DNA from: an uncultured Thermoleophilaceae bacterium | GTDB lineage: Bacteria; Actinomycetota; Thermoleophilia; Solirubrobacterales; Thermoleophilaceae | Length of the DNA stretch: 64,000 nt | NCBI GenBank assembly: GCA_963768465.1 | Contig: CAVYIA010000014.1 | Location: 25,341 to 89,340, forward strand | Direction of reading: 5' to 3' | Shown: in pieces, positions 21,351-32,890 of the stretch | Layout of the letters: every line of letters begins with the position of its first letter | Position numbering within the stretch: position 1 is the stretch's first letter | The notes under the pieces: generated by a model | Told to the model about the DNA's origin: nothing | What the model saw: the letters and a program-made list of their open reading frames with translations, nothing else | The model's database searches: none | Program-made: the position numbers and the translations under genes

Positions 21351-21599
21351 ATGGAGCGGAACGAGGTGCTGGCGCGCATCCGCGACCACCTGGCGACCGA
21401 GCTCGAGGTCGACCCTGGGCGCATCGCCGAGGGCACCCGCTTCCGCGAGGACCTCGAGGCGGACTCGCTCGACCTGGTGGAGCTCGTGGTGGAGCTCGAG
21501 GACAGCTATGGGATCCGCATCCCCGAGGACGAGGCGGCCAAGATCCTCACGGTCGGTCAGGCCGCGGACTTCGTGGCCGCCCATGCCGACGACGCGTGA
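21351..21599 (+). CDS. acpP: acyl carrier protein
   Basis: 82 aa with LEADSLDLVELV (phosphopantetheine Ser). Confidence 0.9.
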   Translation: MERNEVLARIRDHLATELEVDPGRIAEGTRFREDLEADSLDLVELVVELEDSYGIRIPEDEAAKILTVGQAADFVAAHADDA

Positions 21600-22275
21600 G
21601 ACGCTCCGCGAGCTGCTCGACGCGCTGCCGGAGAGCCTCCGGCGCCAGGTCTTCACCCACGCGTCGTGGGTCGAGCACCGCGCCGAGTCCTATGAGCGGC
21701 TCGCCTTCCTGGGAGACGTGGTCCTGAGCCTCGCCGTCTCCACCCATCTGTTCCCGCGCTTCGAGCGCCACGGCGCCGGGCGGCTCACCAAGGTGCGGGC
21801 CCAGGCCGTCAGCGGCGCCTCGTGCGCGCGGGTCGCGCTCGGGCTCGGCGTGCCCGACGCGCTGCGCGCCGCGGCGCCCGAGGGCGGGGCCGGCCGCGCC
21901 GCCGCCACGCTCGTGGAGTCCGAGCGGGTGCTCGCCTCGGTGTGCGAGGCCGTGATCGGGGCCGCCTATCTCGAGTTCGGGTTCGAGCGCACGTCCGCCG
22001 CGGTGGTCGCCTCGTTCGCCGACGAGATCGACGAGGCGCTCGAGCATCCCGTGGACTACAAGTCGGTGCTCCAGGAGCGGCTCGCGCGCCGCGCCGAGCT
22101 GGTCGACTACCGGACCGTCGACGAGCAGGGCCCGGCGCACGAGCGGAGCTTCGTGGTCGTGGCCGAGGTGAGCGGGCAGGAGCTCGGTCGCGGGGAGGGA
22201 AAGACGAAGAAGGGCGCGGAGCAGGAAGCGGCGCTCCAGGCCCTCAACACCCTCGAGGAGGGGGCCGCCGGCTGA
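21583..22275 (+). CDS. rnc: ribonuclease III
   Basis: ATG 21583. FTHASW..YERLAFLGDVVL..CEAVIGAAY plus a dsRBD C-terminus. Overlaps the acpP 3' end. Confidence 0.9.
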   Translation: MPTTRETLRELLDALPESLRRQVFTHASWVEHRAESYERLAFLGDVVLSLAVSTHLFPRFERHGAGRLTKVRAQAVSGASCARVALGLGVPDALRAAAPEGGAGRAAATLVESERVLASVCEAVIGAAYLEFGFERTSAAVVASFADEIDEALEHPVDYKSVLQERLARRAELVDYRTVDEQGPAHERSFVVVAEVSGQELGRGEGKTKKGAEQEAALQALNTLEEGAAG

Positions 22276-25200
22276 TGCACCTCAGGTCGATCGCCATGAA
22301 GGGCTTCAAGTCCTTCCCGAGCCGGACCAAGCTCGAGTTCGGGCCGGGCGTCTCCGTGATCGTCGGGCCGAACGGCTCCGGCAAGTCGAACATCACCGAC
22401 GGCGTGCTCTGGGCGCTCGGCGAGCAGAGCCCGCTGGCCGTTCGCGGCCAGACGATGAAGGACGTGATCTTCGCGGGAGGCCACGGCGTGGGCGGCTCGA
22501 GCTCGGCCGAGGTCGAGGTCGTGATCGACAACTCCGACGGCGCTCTGCCCACCGCCTTCTCCGAGATCTCGATCGTGCGCAGGCTCGGTCGCGACGGCGA
22601 GGGCGAGTACCGGCTGAACGGCGCCCGCTGCCGTCTCGTCGACGTGCTCGAGGTGCTGTCCGACTCGGGGCTCGGCAAGGAGATGCACTCGGTCGTCTCG
22701 CAGGGCAAGGTCGAGCAGATCGTGCTCTCGCGCCCGCGCGAGCGGCGGCTGATGATCGAGGAGGCCGCCGGCCTCGGCAAGCACCGCAAGCGCCGCCGGC
22801 GCGCCCAGCTGAAGCTCGAGCGCACCGAGGAGAACCTCTCGCGCGCGCTCGACGTGGAGCGCGAGGCGCGCTCGCGGCTGCGTCCGCTGAAGCGCCAGGC
22901 CGAGGCCGCCGAGCTGCACGAGCGGCTCGAGCGCCAGTCGCTCGAGGCGCGCATGACGCTCGCGGCCGACAGCGCCCGCGGAGCCCGCGCCGCGTTGGCC
23001 GAGGCGGAGGAGCGCGCCCGCGCGGCGGGCGCCGAGCGCGACGAGGCCGAGCGGCTCCTGGCCGAGGTCAAGGCCCGCCGCGAGGCGGCCGAGGGCGCCT
23101 TCGCCGCGCTCAGCCAGGAGCGCGAGCGGCTGCAGGCGAGCCGCTTCGACGCGGGGTCCGCCGCCGAGCGCATCCAGATGCGCCTCGAGCGCGTCCGCGA
23201 CCAGGCCACGGCCGCCGCCGAGCGGCGCGAGCGCCGGGCGCAGCAGCTGGCCTTGCTGGAGGCCGAGGCTCCCGCGGCCGGCGACGAGCCGGCGCAGCTC
23301 GACGACGCCGAGCTTCCGCGGCCGCCTGGCGAAGGCGACGACGCCGCACGGGCGATCTGGGACCGGCTGCCCGCCGAGGAGCGGATCCGCTCGCTCGAGC
23401 GCGAGCTGGCCCGCCTCGACGCCGACGCCGAGGAGCGCCGCGGCCGCGAGCTCGCCGGGCTCGAGTCGGAGCTGGCCGCCGCCCGTTCGCGGGCGGCGGA
23501 GCTGCAGGCCGCGGTGGACGACCGGCGCGCCGCGCTCGACGCCGCCGAGCAGGCGGCCGACCAGGCACGCGCCGGCCGCCGCGACGCGGAGCGCGCGGTG
23601 GAGGCCGCCCGCTCACGTGCGGCTGACGCCGGAGCGGAGCTCGCCGCGCTCAACCGGATGGTGCGCGGCGCGGGCGCCGCCCCGGGCGGCGAGCCCGTGC
23701 TCGTGGAGGGCCTGAAGGCGGAGGCGGGCTTCGAGCCGGCGCTGTCCGCGGCCCTCGGCGCTCGCCTGACCGCCGCCGTGGTCGAGGACCTGGCGGCCGG
23801 GCGAGAAGCTGCTCGACGGGGCCGGGGACGGCGGCGCCACCGCGCTCGTCGCCTCGCGCGCCCACGGCCGGCCCGCCGGCCAGGCGCCCGTGGCGGGCGC
23901 CACCAGGCTGCTCGCGCACGTCCGCGCGGAGGGCAAGGTCACGAAGCTCGCGGAGCGGCTGCTCGGCGACGTCTGGGTGGTCGACTCGCTCGGCGCGGTG
24001 TCGGGCTCGTTCCGCGGCGTGGCCGTCACGCGCGCGGGGCGGCTGCTCGACGCGGCCACCGGCGAGCTCTCGCAGGCCCCGGCCGGCGGCAACGACCGGC
24101 TCCTTCAGGAGGTCGGCCGGCGCGACGGGCTGGTGGCCGCCTCGGAGTCGGCGCTGGCCGACGAGGCCGGAGCGCGCGCCGAGGTCGAGAGCGCGGGTCA
24201 GGCCGTGGCGAGCGCCGACACGGCACGCGAGGAGGCGGAGGCCGCGCTCAGGCGCGCGTCGCGCGAGCACGCCGAGGCGGCCGACATCGCGGAGCGGGCC
24301 GAGTGGCTGCTCGGCCGGCGCCGCGAGAGCGCCGACGAGGGGCCGGAGGGCGTCCAGCGCGCCGGCCTCAGCGCCGACCTGCGCGCGGAGCGCCGGATGG
24401 CGGAGCGTGCCGAGCGCGAGCGCGCGGAGCGGGCCCGGACGCTCGACTCGCTGAGGGCGGGGATCGAGGCCGACGCCGCGCTGAGCGAGGACGCCGCGCG
24501 GGCAGGCCGTGCCCTCGAGACGGCGCTTGCCGCGGTCGAGGCGCGCCGCGACGCGGTCGCCGCGGAGCTCGAGGCCGGAGCGGCGGCCGGCGAGGAGACC
24601 GCGGCCACGCTGCGCGCCTGCGCGCACGAGGAGGCCGAGCTGCAGGGCAGGCTCAAGCGGGCCGGCGAGGCCGTGACCGCGAGCGCCGTCACGGCGCAGC
24701 AGGCGCGCGACTCCGCCGCCGACGTGGAGCAGGAGCTCGGCGAGCTGTCGAAGCGCCTGGGCCTCGAGGCAGAGCCGGCCGCCGAGCCCCTGCCGGACGA
24801 GGAGCGCGCGTCGCTCCAGGCACGCGTCGAGCGCCTGCGGATGCGGCGCGAGCAGCTCGGCCCGGTGAACCCGCTCGCGGGCCAGGAGTACGAGGAGGCC
24901 GTGAGCCACGTCGAGGAGCTCGAGGCCCAGCGCGGCGACCTGGAGGACGCCCTCGCCGAGCTCGAGGGCCTCATCAAGGAGACCGACCGCCGCATCAAGG
25001 AGAGCTTCGAGGAGACGTTCGCCGCCGCCGCCAAGAACTTCGAGGAGGTCGTGGAGCACCTCTTCCCGGGCGGGCGCGGCCGGCTGCGGCTGGTGCGCGC
25101 CGACCAGGCGCCGCGGCCGGTGGTGGGCGGCGAGGTGCCCGAGGGCGACGCCGCGCAGGACGAGGAGGACGTGGAGGAAACGGACGAGCCGGAGCTGGGC

Positions 25201-25554
25201 GTCGAGATCGAGGTCACGCCGCCCGGCAAGTCGGCGAAGCGCCTGTCGCTGCTCTCGGGCGGCGAGAAGTCGCTCGTCGCGCTCGCCTTCATGTTCGCGG
25301 TGTTCCTCGCCCGGCCGTGCCCCTTCTACATCCTCGACGAGGTGGAGGCGGCGCTCGACGACATCAACATCGACCGCTTCCTCGAGCTCGTCAAGCGCTA
25401 CGCCGACCGCGCGCAGTTCATCGTCGTGACGCACCAGAAGCGCACGATGGACGCGGCCGACACGCTCTACGGCGTGAGCATGGGCGGCGACGGGGTGTCG
25501 CGAGTGGTGTCCCGCAAGCTGGGCGGGCGCGCCATCGAAGAAGCCGCCGCCTAA
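22275..25554 (+). pseudogene. smc: chromosome partition protein Smc; one +1 break (23797-23803)
   Basis: N-terminal GPNGSGKSN, long coiled coils, C-terminal LSGGEKSLVALAFMFA..ILDEVEAALDD. The second half lies in ORF 23890..25554. Confidence 0.9.
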
Positions 25555-25566
25555 CCTCGCCTCTCT

Positions 25567-26558
25567 ATGGCCCGTAGCTGGCAGGAGCTGTTCGCGACCG
25601 GCGAGGCGCCGGAGGAGGCCGCCGCGCCCGCCGAGGACGGCAGCGCCGTGGCGGGTTCTTCCGCAGGCTGCGCGAGAACATGTCGAAGACGCGCGAGGCG
25701 CTCGGCGCGGAGCTCCAGGCCACGATGTTCCAGTCGCTCGACGACGAGGCCTTCGAGCGGCTCGAGGAGACGCTGATCTACGCGGACGTGGGCGCGCCGA
25801 CCACGGCGCGGATCGTCGAGCGGCTGGAGGGCGAGGCCGCCGGCGGCGAGCTCACGGGCGGCGAGGACCTGACCCGCAGGCTCCGCGAGCTGCTGGCCGA
25901 CACGGCCCGGCTCGACGGCGACACGATCCCGCTGTCGGGCAGCCCGACGGTGATCCTCATGACGGGCGTCAACGGCAGCGGCAAGACCACCACGATCGGG
26001 AAGATGGCCTGGCACCTCCAGAAGGAGCTCGGCCGCTCGGTGCTGCTGGCCGCGGGGGACACGTTCCGGGCCGCGGCGGCCGAGCAGCTCACCATGTGGG
26101 CGGAGCGGGCCGGCTGCGAGATCGTGCGCGGCGACGCCGGGTCCGACCCGGGCGCCGTCGTCTACGACGCGCTCGGCGCCGCCGAGTCACGCGGCCACGA
26201 CGTGGTGATCGTGGACACGGCGGGCCGGCTCCACACCCAGCAGCACCTGATGGACGAGCTGCGCAAGATCCGCAAGGTGATCGCGGGCCGGGTCGAGGGG
26301 GCGCCCCACGAGACCCTGCTGACGATCGACGCGACCACGGGCCAGAACGGCCTTCGCCAGGCGCTCTTGTTCCGGGAGGCCGTGCAGATCGACGGCATCG
26401 CGCTGACGAAGCTCGACGGGACGGCGAAGGGCGGCATCGCCCTGGCGATCGCCCAGGAGCTCGAGGTGCCCGTGAAGCTGATCGGGGTCGGCGAGGCGCT
26501 CGAGGACCTGCGCCCGTTCGACCCGGACGACTTCGCCGCCGCGATCCTCTCCCCGTAG
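25567..26558 (+). pseudogene. ftsY: signal recognition particle receptor FtsY; one -1 break (~25650)
   Basis: The N-terminus in the 25567 frame joins GFFRRLRENMSKTREAL. GVNGSGKTTT..DTAGRL..TKLDGTAKGG. Confidence 0.9.
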
Positions 26559-27404
26559 ATGGCCGGGCCCCTGCTCGTGACCGGCGGCAGCGGCTACCTC
26601 GGCGGCGAGCTGCTGCGCCAGGCCCGCGGGCGCCCGCTCGCCGCCACCTACCTGTCGGCCCGCCCGGAGGATCCCGACGGCGTCGACTGGAGCCGGCTGG
26701 ACGTGCGCGACGCGGAGGCCGTGCGGGCCCTCGATCGAGCGCGTGCGGCCGGAGGTCGTGATCCACACCGCCTACCGCCAGGACGGCGAGGGCGCGCGCG
26801 AGACCACCGTGGAGGGCGCGGCCGCCGTCGCGGGGGCGGCCGCCGCCGCCGGGCGCCCGGCTCATCCATCTCTCGAGCGACGTGATCTTCGACGGCGCCA
26901 AGGCCGCTGCCCTACGACGAGAGCGACCCGCCCTCGCCCGCCACGGAGTACGGCCAGGCGAAGGCCGACGCGGAGCATGCCGTCGCGGGCGCCCACCCGG
27001 ACGCGCTGCTCGTCCGCACCTCGCTCATCTACGGCGGGCCCACGCCGTCGCGGCACGAGCGCCTCGCCATCGAGGCGGCGCGCGGCGAGGGCCAGGCGTT
27101 CTTCGACGACGAGATCCGCTGCCCCGTGGTGGTGGGCGACCTGGCGTCGGCGCTGCTCGAGCTGGCCGAGCTGGGGGAGACCGGCGTGCTGAACGTGGCC
27201 GGCGCCGACGAGGTCAGCCGCTACGAGTTCGCCTGCCTCATCGCCGCCTCCAGAGGGCTGCCCGCGGAGCGGATCCGGCGCACGTCGATCGCCGAGTCGG
27301 GCCTCTCGCGGCCGGGCAACTGCACGCTCACGAGCGAGCGCGCGGCCGGCCTGCTGCGGACTCGGCTGACGGGCGCGCGCGAGCGGCTCGCCGCCGGTGC
27401 CTGA
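26559..27404 (+). pseudogene. NAD-dependent sugar reductase/epimerase, RmlD (dTDP-4-dehydrorhamnose reductase)-like; three +1 breaks
   Basis: LLVTGGSGYLGGEL, IHTAY, RLIHLSSDVIFDG..PYDESDPPSPATEYGQAKADAE..LNVAG. Frames go 0>1>2>0 at ~26732, ~26855 and ~26905. Confidence 0.7.
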
Positions 27405-27439
27405 ACCGCTTCGCGCTCGTCCGTCAGAATGTGCTGAGC

Positions 27440-27866
27440 ATGGATGACTGGGTGCTATGGGTGATCGCGGCCGGCGCGCTCGCCGTGGGCGAGATGGCCA
27501 CGCTCGGGTTCTTCCTCGGGCCGCTCGCCGTCGCCGCTCTCGTCGCCGCGGTGGTGGCGCTGGTCGGCGGCGCGCTGGCGCATCCAGCTCGTCGTCTTCA
27601 TCCTCGTGGCCGCCTCGTCGGTCGCCGTGCTGCGCCCGATCGCCCGCCGGCACCTGCACACGCCGGCGCGGCTGCGCACCGGCGTGGCCGCACTGGTGGG
27701 CAGCCGGGCGCTGGTGCTCGAGCGGGTGGACGCGCAGGGCGGCTGCGTCAAGATCGGCGGCGAGGTGTGGTCCGCGCGCGCATACGACGAGGACGAGGTG
27801 ATGGAGCCCGGAACACGGGTGGACGTGCTCAAGATCGACGGCGCGACGGCGCTCGTCTCGGAATAG
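27440..27866 (+). pseudogene. NfeD family membrane protein; one +1 break (~27585)
   Basis: Two TM helices, then the OB-like C-terminus VKIGGEVWSARAYDED..PGTRVDVLKIDGATALV. Directly upstream of the SPFH gene. Confidence 0.75.
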
Positions 27867-27879
27867 GAGGTACTGGGAC

Positions 27880-28779
27880 GTGGCAACACTGATCGTGCTC
27901 GGAGTCGTGGCGCTCGTCGTCCTGTTCACCCTGTCGCGAGGGATCCGCATCGTGCCCCAGGCGCGGGCCGGGATCGTCGAGCGGCTCGGGCGCTACAACC
28001 GCACGCTGGACGCGGGCCTCGCGCTCGTGGTCCCCTACGTGGACCGCGTCAAGCCGCTGATCGACCTGCGCGAGACGGTGGTGTCGTTCCCGCCGCAGCC
28101 GGTGATCACCGAGGACAACCTGGTCATCCAGATCGACACGGTCATCTACTTCCAGGTGACCGACCCGAAGGCGGCCACGTACGAGATCGCCGACTACATC
28201 GCCGCGATCGAGCAGCTCACGGTGACCACCCTGCGCAACGTGATCGGCGGGATGACCCTCGAGGAGACGCTCACGTCGCGCGACAAGGTGAGCTCCGCGC
28301 TCCGGATCGTCCTCGACGAGGCCACGGGCAAGTGGGGGATCCGCGTGAACCGGGTGGAGCTGAAGGCGGTCGACCCGCCCATCTCGATCCAGGAGGCGAT
28401 GGAGAAGCAGATGCGCGCCGAGCGCGACCGGCGCGCGGCGATCCTGACCGCCGAGGGCGTGAAGCAGTCGCAGATCCTCACCGCCGAGGGCGAGAAGCAG
28501 AGCGCCATCCTGCGGGCGGAGGGCCGGCGCGAGTCGCAGATCCTCGAGGCCGAGGGCCAGTCGAAGGCGATCGAGACGGTCTTCGCGGCGATCCATCGCG
28601 GCGACGCAGACCCCAAGGTGCTCGCCTACCAGTACCTCCAGACCCTGCCGCAGATCGCCCAGGGCGAGTCGAACAAGGTCTGGGTCATCCCGAGCGAGAT
28701 CACCAAGGCGCTGGCCGACATCGGCTCGGCGCTTCCCGGACCGCCGAAGCCGCCGCCGCCTCCGCCGCCACCCGAGTAG
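27880..28779 (+). CDS. SPFH/band-7 (stomatin-like) protein with poly-Pro tail
   Basis: 299-aa intact ORF. IVPQARAGIVERLGRY..ITEDNLVIQIDTVIYFQV..RVELKAVDPP. Tail PPKPPPPPPPPE. Confidence 0.9.
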   Translation: MATLIVLGVVALVVLFTLSRGIRIVPQARAGIVERLGRYNRTLDAGLALVVPYVDRVKPLIDLRETVVSFPPQPVITEDNLVIQIDTVIYFQVTDPKAATYEIADYIAAIEQLTVTTLRNVIGGMTLEETLTSRDKVSSALRIVLDEATGKWGIRVNRVELKAVDPPISIQEAMEKQMRAERDRRAAILTAEGVKQSQILTAEGEKQSAILRAEGRRESQILEAEGQSKAIETVFAAIHRGDADPKVLAYQYLQTLPQIAQGESNKVWVIPSEITKALADIGSALPGPPKPPPPPPPPE

Positions 28780-28782
28780 GCC

Positions 28783-29204
28783 TTGGAGCGCTCGCAGACC
28801 GAGGTGCTCGACCGAGCTCAGCGAGCGCTGGGAGCGCGACGACCGCGCGGGCGGTCGAGGAGCTCGTGCACCCCGAGGTCGAGATCGACATGACCATCCG
28901 GGTGATGAACCCGGAGGTCTACCGCGGCCACGAGGGGCTGTGGCGCTACCGGGCGGACATCACCGAGCTCTGGGAGTACGGGGAGACGGAGGTGCACCGC
29001 TACCTCGAGCGCGGCGACGAGGTGCTCGAGGTCCGGACCACCCCGATGCGCGCGCGTGCGAGCGGCGTGCAGTTCTCCGAGCCGGTGGCCCAGCGCTACC
29101 GCTTCGAGGACGGGCGCGTGATCCGGATGACGCTGCTCACCGACGTCGAGCGCGCGATCGCGGACTTCGAGGCGGGCCGCCCGCCGCACCCTCCCGCCGA
29201 GTAG
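28783..29204 (+). pseudogene. NTF2/SnoaL-like fold protein; two +1 breaks near the 5' end; start uncertain
   Basis: ..ELSERWERDDRA / AVEELVHPEVEIDMT..YRGHEGLWRY..RYRFEDGRVIRM. The N-terminal ~25 aa were pieced together from two other frames. Confidence 0.5.
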
Positions 29205-29216
29205 CCTCAGTCGCCG

Positions 29217-30550
29217 ATGTTCGACTCGCTCTCAGACCGGCTCCAGGAGGCCCTCGGCGACGTCCGCTCGCGCGGGAAGCTGACCGAGGACGACGTGAAC
29301 AAGGCCATGCGCCAGGTGCGCCTGGCGCTGCTCGAGGCGGACGTGAACTTCAAGGTCGTCAAGGAGTTCACCGCGGGGGTGAAGGAGCGCGCGCTCGGCC
29401 AGGACGTGCTCGACTCGCTCAACCCGGGCCAGCAGGTCGTGAAGATCGTCTCCGAGGAGCTCACGACGCTGATGGGCGGCTCCGGCCGCGAGCTCGCCTT
29501 CGCCAAGCCGGGCCCGACGGTGATCCTGATGGCCGGGCTCCAGGGCTCGGGCAAGACCACCGCCTGCGGCAAGCTCGCCGTCCACCTGCGCGAGGAGCAC
29601 GGGATGGACGTGGGCATGGCCGCCTGCGACGTGTACCGGCCCGCCGCGGTGGACCAGCTCGTGAAGGTCGGGGCCCAGGCGGGCGCGACGGTCTACGAGC
29701 AGGGCACCGGGCGCGACCCGGTGGACATCGCCGAGTGGGCGCTCGACCAGGCGCAAGCCAGGACCGCCGCGACGCGCTGATCGTCGACACCAGCGGCCGC
29801 CTGCACGTGGACGAGGACCTGATGAAGGAGCTCGCCGCAGGTCAAGAAGCGGACCAAGCCGCACAACGTGCTGCTCGTGGTGGACGCCATGACCGGCCAG
29901 GACGCGGTGAACGTGGCCGAGCAGTTCGCGGAGACCGCCGACTTCGACGGCGTGGTGCTCACCAAGCTGGACGGCGACTCGCGCGGCGGCGCCGCGCTGT
30001 CGGTCAAGGCGATCACCGGCAAGCCGATCATCTACGCCTCCACCGGCGAGAAGCTCGCGCGACTTCGAGCGCTTCCACCCCGACCGGATGGCCCAGCGGA
30101 TCCTCGGCATGGGCGACGTGATGACCCTCGTCGAGAAGGCCGAGCGCCAGATGGACGAGCGCCAGGCCCAGGAGCTCGAGCGCAAGATCCGCAAGGAGCA
30201 GTTCACCCTCGACGACTTCCTCGAGCAGCTGAAGCAGGTCCGCAACATGGGGCCGCTCCAGAACCTCCTGAAGATGATGCCCGGGCGTGGGCAAGCAGCT
30301 CGGCCAGCTCCAGGTGAGCGACAAGGAGCTCGACCGGCTCGAGGCGATCATCCTGTCGATGACGCCCGCCGAGCGCGCCAACCCGCAGATCATCGACGGC
30401 TCGCGCCGGCGCCGGATCGCGCACGGCTCCGGGACCACCGTCCAGGCCGTGTCGCAGCTCGTGAAGCAGTTCGGGCAGATGAAGAAGGTCATGCGCCAGC
30501 TCTCGCAGGGGAAGATGCCCTCGCTGCAGCAGCTGGCGGGTGGTCGCTAA
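29217..30550 (+). pseudogene. ffh: signal recognition particle protein Ffh; four breaks (~29765 -1; ~29850, ~30060, 30281-30287 +1)
   Basis: [55 protein letters not shown]-domain LKMMPG..GSRRRRIA. Confidence 0.9.
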
Positions 30551-30563
30551 CCTCTCCCGCCTC

Positions 30564-31042
30564 ATGTCAGTCCGAGTCCGGCTCACACGCGTGGGCAGCA
30601 AGAAGAATCCGATCTGGCGGGTGGTCGTGGCCGACCAGCGCTCACCGCGCGACGGCCGCTTCATCGAGACGATCGGGCAGTACAACCCGCAGACCGAGCC
30701 GTCGACGATCCGGATCGACGCCGAGCGCTACGAGCACTGGGTGGCGCGCGGCGCCCAGGCGAGCAACACCGTGAAGCAGCTGATGAAGGCGCAGACCAAG
30801 ACCGGCGGCCCGACGCCGCTCGACGCGCCGGCTCCGGCCGCGGCTGCGCCGTCGAGGAGGACGAGGCGGCCGAGGCCGCCGCGGAGGCGGAGTGCGGACG
30901 CGGCGGACGCGCCTGTTCCCGACGAGCCCGACGAGGCAGCCGAGCCTGCCGAGCCCGCGGACGACGCCGCGGAGGCCCCCGAGGCGGAGGCCCCCGACCG
31001 GGCGACGCCGGCGAGGGCGGCGGGGACGAGCCGAGCTCCTAG
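30564..31042 (+). pseudogene. rpsP: 30S ribosomal protein S16 with acidic Ala/Pro/Glu tail; frame of the tail unresolved
   Basis: [39 protein letters not shown]. The only stop fitting the gene order is TAG 31040-31042, in a different frame, so there is at least one break in the low-complexity tail. Confidence 0.75.
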
Positions 31043-31275
31043 TGGAGGAGCTGCTCGAGTATCTCGCCCGGGCGCTGGTGGACGAGCCCGACGAGGTCTC
31101 GGTCGAGTCATTCGAGGAGGACGACGGCACCGTGGTGCTCGAGCTGCGTGTGGCCGAGGACGACGCCGGCAAGGTGATCGGCCGCGGCGGGCGCACGGTC
31201 GCCGCGCTGCGGAACGTGGTCAAGGCCTCCGCGGTGCGCCACGACCGGCGGGTGCTCGTCGACGTGGTGGATTGA
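31042..31275 (+). CDS. KH-domain RNA-binding protein (UPF0109/YlqC)
   Basis: GTG 31042. [34 protein letters not shown]. Confidence 0.8.
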   Translation: MEELLEYLARALVDEPDEVSVESFEEDDGTVVLELRVAEDDAGKVIGRGGRTVAALRNVVKASAVRHDRRVLVDVVD

Positions 31276-31709
31276 CGCTCGTCACCGCGGGACGCGTCGG
31301 ACGGGCACACGGGCTGGGACGGCAGCTTCTGGGTGGAGGGCGCCGATCACGAGCTGCCGGAGGGCGCGGTGCTCACGGTCGGCGGACGCGAGCTGCGCGT
31401 CGAGCGCCGCGGCGGGACGCGCGACCGCCCGCTGATCAGGCTGGCAGGACGTGGACGACCCGCGCCCGCTGCGCGGCGCCACGCTGATGGTGGACGCGGA
31501 GCTCGAGGCGGGGGAGTGGCTGGCGTCCGAGCTGGTGGGCTGTGCGGTGCCGGGCCACGGCAGCGTGCGCCGGGTGCTGGACGGTCCCTCGTGCTCGCTG
31601 CTCGAGCTCGAGGACGGGATGCTGGTCCCGTTCGTCTCGGACGCCGTGCGCCTGGTGGACCCGGACGGCCGCCGCATCGAGGTCGACGACGCGCTTCCTG
31701 GGCCTCTGA
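31272..31709 (+). pseudogene. rimM: 16S rRNA processing protein RimM; three +1 breaks
   Basis: TTG 31272. [14 protein letters not shown] / [23 protein letters not shown] / [20 protein letters not shown] 31707-31709 is reached only after a last shift. Confidence 0.8.
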
Positions 31710-32386
31710 TGGAGATCGACGTGCTCACGCTGTTCCCCGACTGGTTCGGGTGGTTCAGCGACCAGCGCCACGTGCGCAACGCGGAGGCGCTCGGGCACCG
31801 GCTCTCGCTACGTGGACCTGCGCGCCACGCACGCCGCTGAAGGCGGGACAGGTGGACGACACGCCCTACGGCGGCGGGGCGGGCATGGTGATCCGGGCCG
31901 ACGTGGTCGAGGCCGCGCTCGGGCGCGCTACGGCGGTCGATCCGCTCGAGCTCCCGGCCCGCGCGGCGGGTGATCGCGCTGGCCGCCGGCGGGCGCCGGT
32001 TCGACGACGCGCTGGCGGCCGAGCTGGCCGCCGAGCCCGCCGCTGACGCTGCTCTGCGGGCGCTACGAGGGCTTCGACGAGCGCGTGCACGAGCACCTGG
32101 CGAGCGACGTGGTGTCGATCGGGCCCTACGTCCTGTCGGGCGGCGAGCTGGCGGCGATGGTGGTCTGCGACGCCGTGATCCGGAAGCTGCCCGGCGCGCT
32201 CGGCCACGAGGAGAGCGCCGTGGAGGAGTCGTTCAGCCCGGCGCTCGGCGGCGCCCCGGAGTACCCGCACTACACGCGGCCCGTTCGACTGGCGCGGGCA
32301 CGAGGTTCCGGAGGTCCTGCTGTCGGGGGACCACGCCCGCGTGCGAGGCCTGGCGGCTGCGAACAGAGCCGCCGCCGGGCCGGTGA
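31709..32386 (+). pseudogene. trmD: tRNA (guanine37-N1)-methyltransferase TrmD; six +1 breaks
   Basis: MEIDVLTLFPDWF.. / YVDLR / VDDTPYGGGAGMV / RVIAL..GRRF / [28 protein letters not shown] / [15 protein letters not shown] / AWRL. Confidence 0.85.
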
Positions 32387-32441
32387 CGACTGACCCACCG
32401 CGCCGGGGAAACCGAGGGGTCCTTCGCTACCATGCGGCCGT

Positions 32442-32480
32442 GCGCGAAGTTCCCGGGGGAGCTCGCGCCTCTTTTGTGCC
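32442..32480 (+). promoter_or_regulatory. hairpin followed by a U-rich tract between trmD and rplS (terminator/attenuator or rplS leader candidate)
   Basis: gcgcga-agttcccgggggagc-tcgcgc, then cctcttttgtg. Lies 35 nt upstream of the rplS ATG. Confidence 0.3.
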
Positions 32481-32514
32481 CCCGGTCCCGGCCTCGCGGC
32501 CGACTCCACTCTTC

Positions 32515-32856
32515 ATGTCCGGTGTCATCGACAGCATCGAGCGCGCTCAACTGCGCCGCGTCCCGGTCTTCCAGGCCGGCGACCGCGTGCGCGTGCACTT
32601 CCAGGTCGTGGAGGGCACCCGCCGCCGCACCCAGGTCTTCGAGGGCATCGTCATCAAGCGCCAGGGCAGCGGCCTGCGCGAGACGTTCACCGTCCGCAAG
32701 CAGTCGTTCGGCGTGGGCGTGGAGCGCACGTTCCCGGTCCACTCGCCGAAGATCGAGCGCATCGAGGTGGCCGCCCGCGGCGACGTGCGCCGCGCGAAGC
32801 TCTACTACCTGCGCGACCGCGTGGGCCGCGGCGCCCGCGTGCGCGAGCGCCGCTGG
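32515..32856 (+). CDS. rplS: 50S ribosomal protein L19 (stop codon apparently lost to a 1-nt insertion; ORF as sequenced stays open to 33072)
   Basis: [50 protein letters not shown]. The canonical 113-aa length ends at cgc-cgc-tgg(32854), where tga would be expected. Confidence 0.8.
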
Positions 32857-32890
32857 ACCGGCGCGGAGGAGGCCTACGAGGCCGGGCGCG

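Noticed and set aside
21822-25577. The 1251-aa ORF taken at face value as one protein
   Set aside because: Its first ~150 residues are an out-of-frame read through rnc. Everything after about 23800 is an out-of-frame read of smc. The real Smc starts at ATG 22275 and continues in the 23890..25554 frame.
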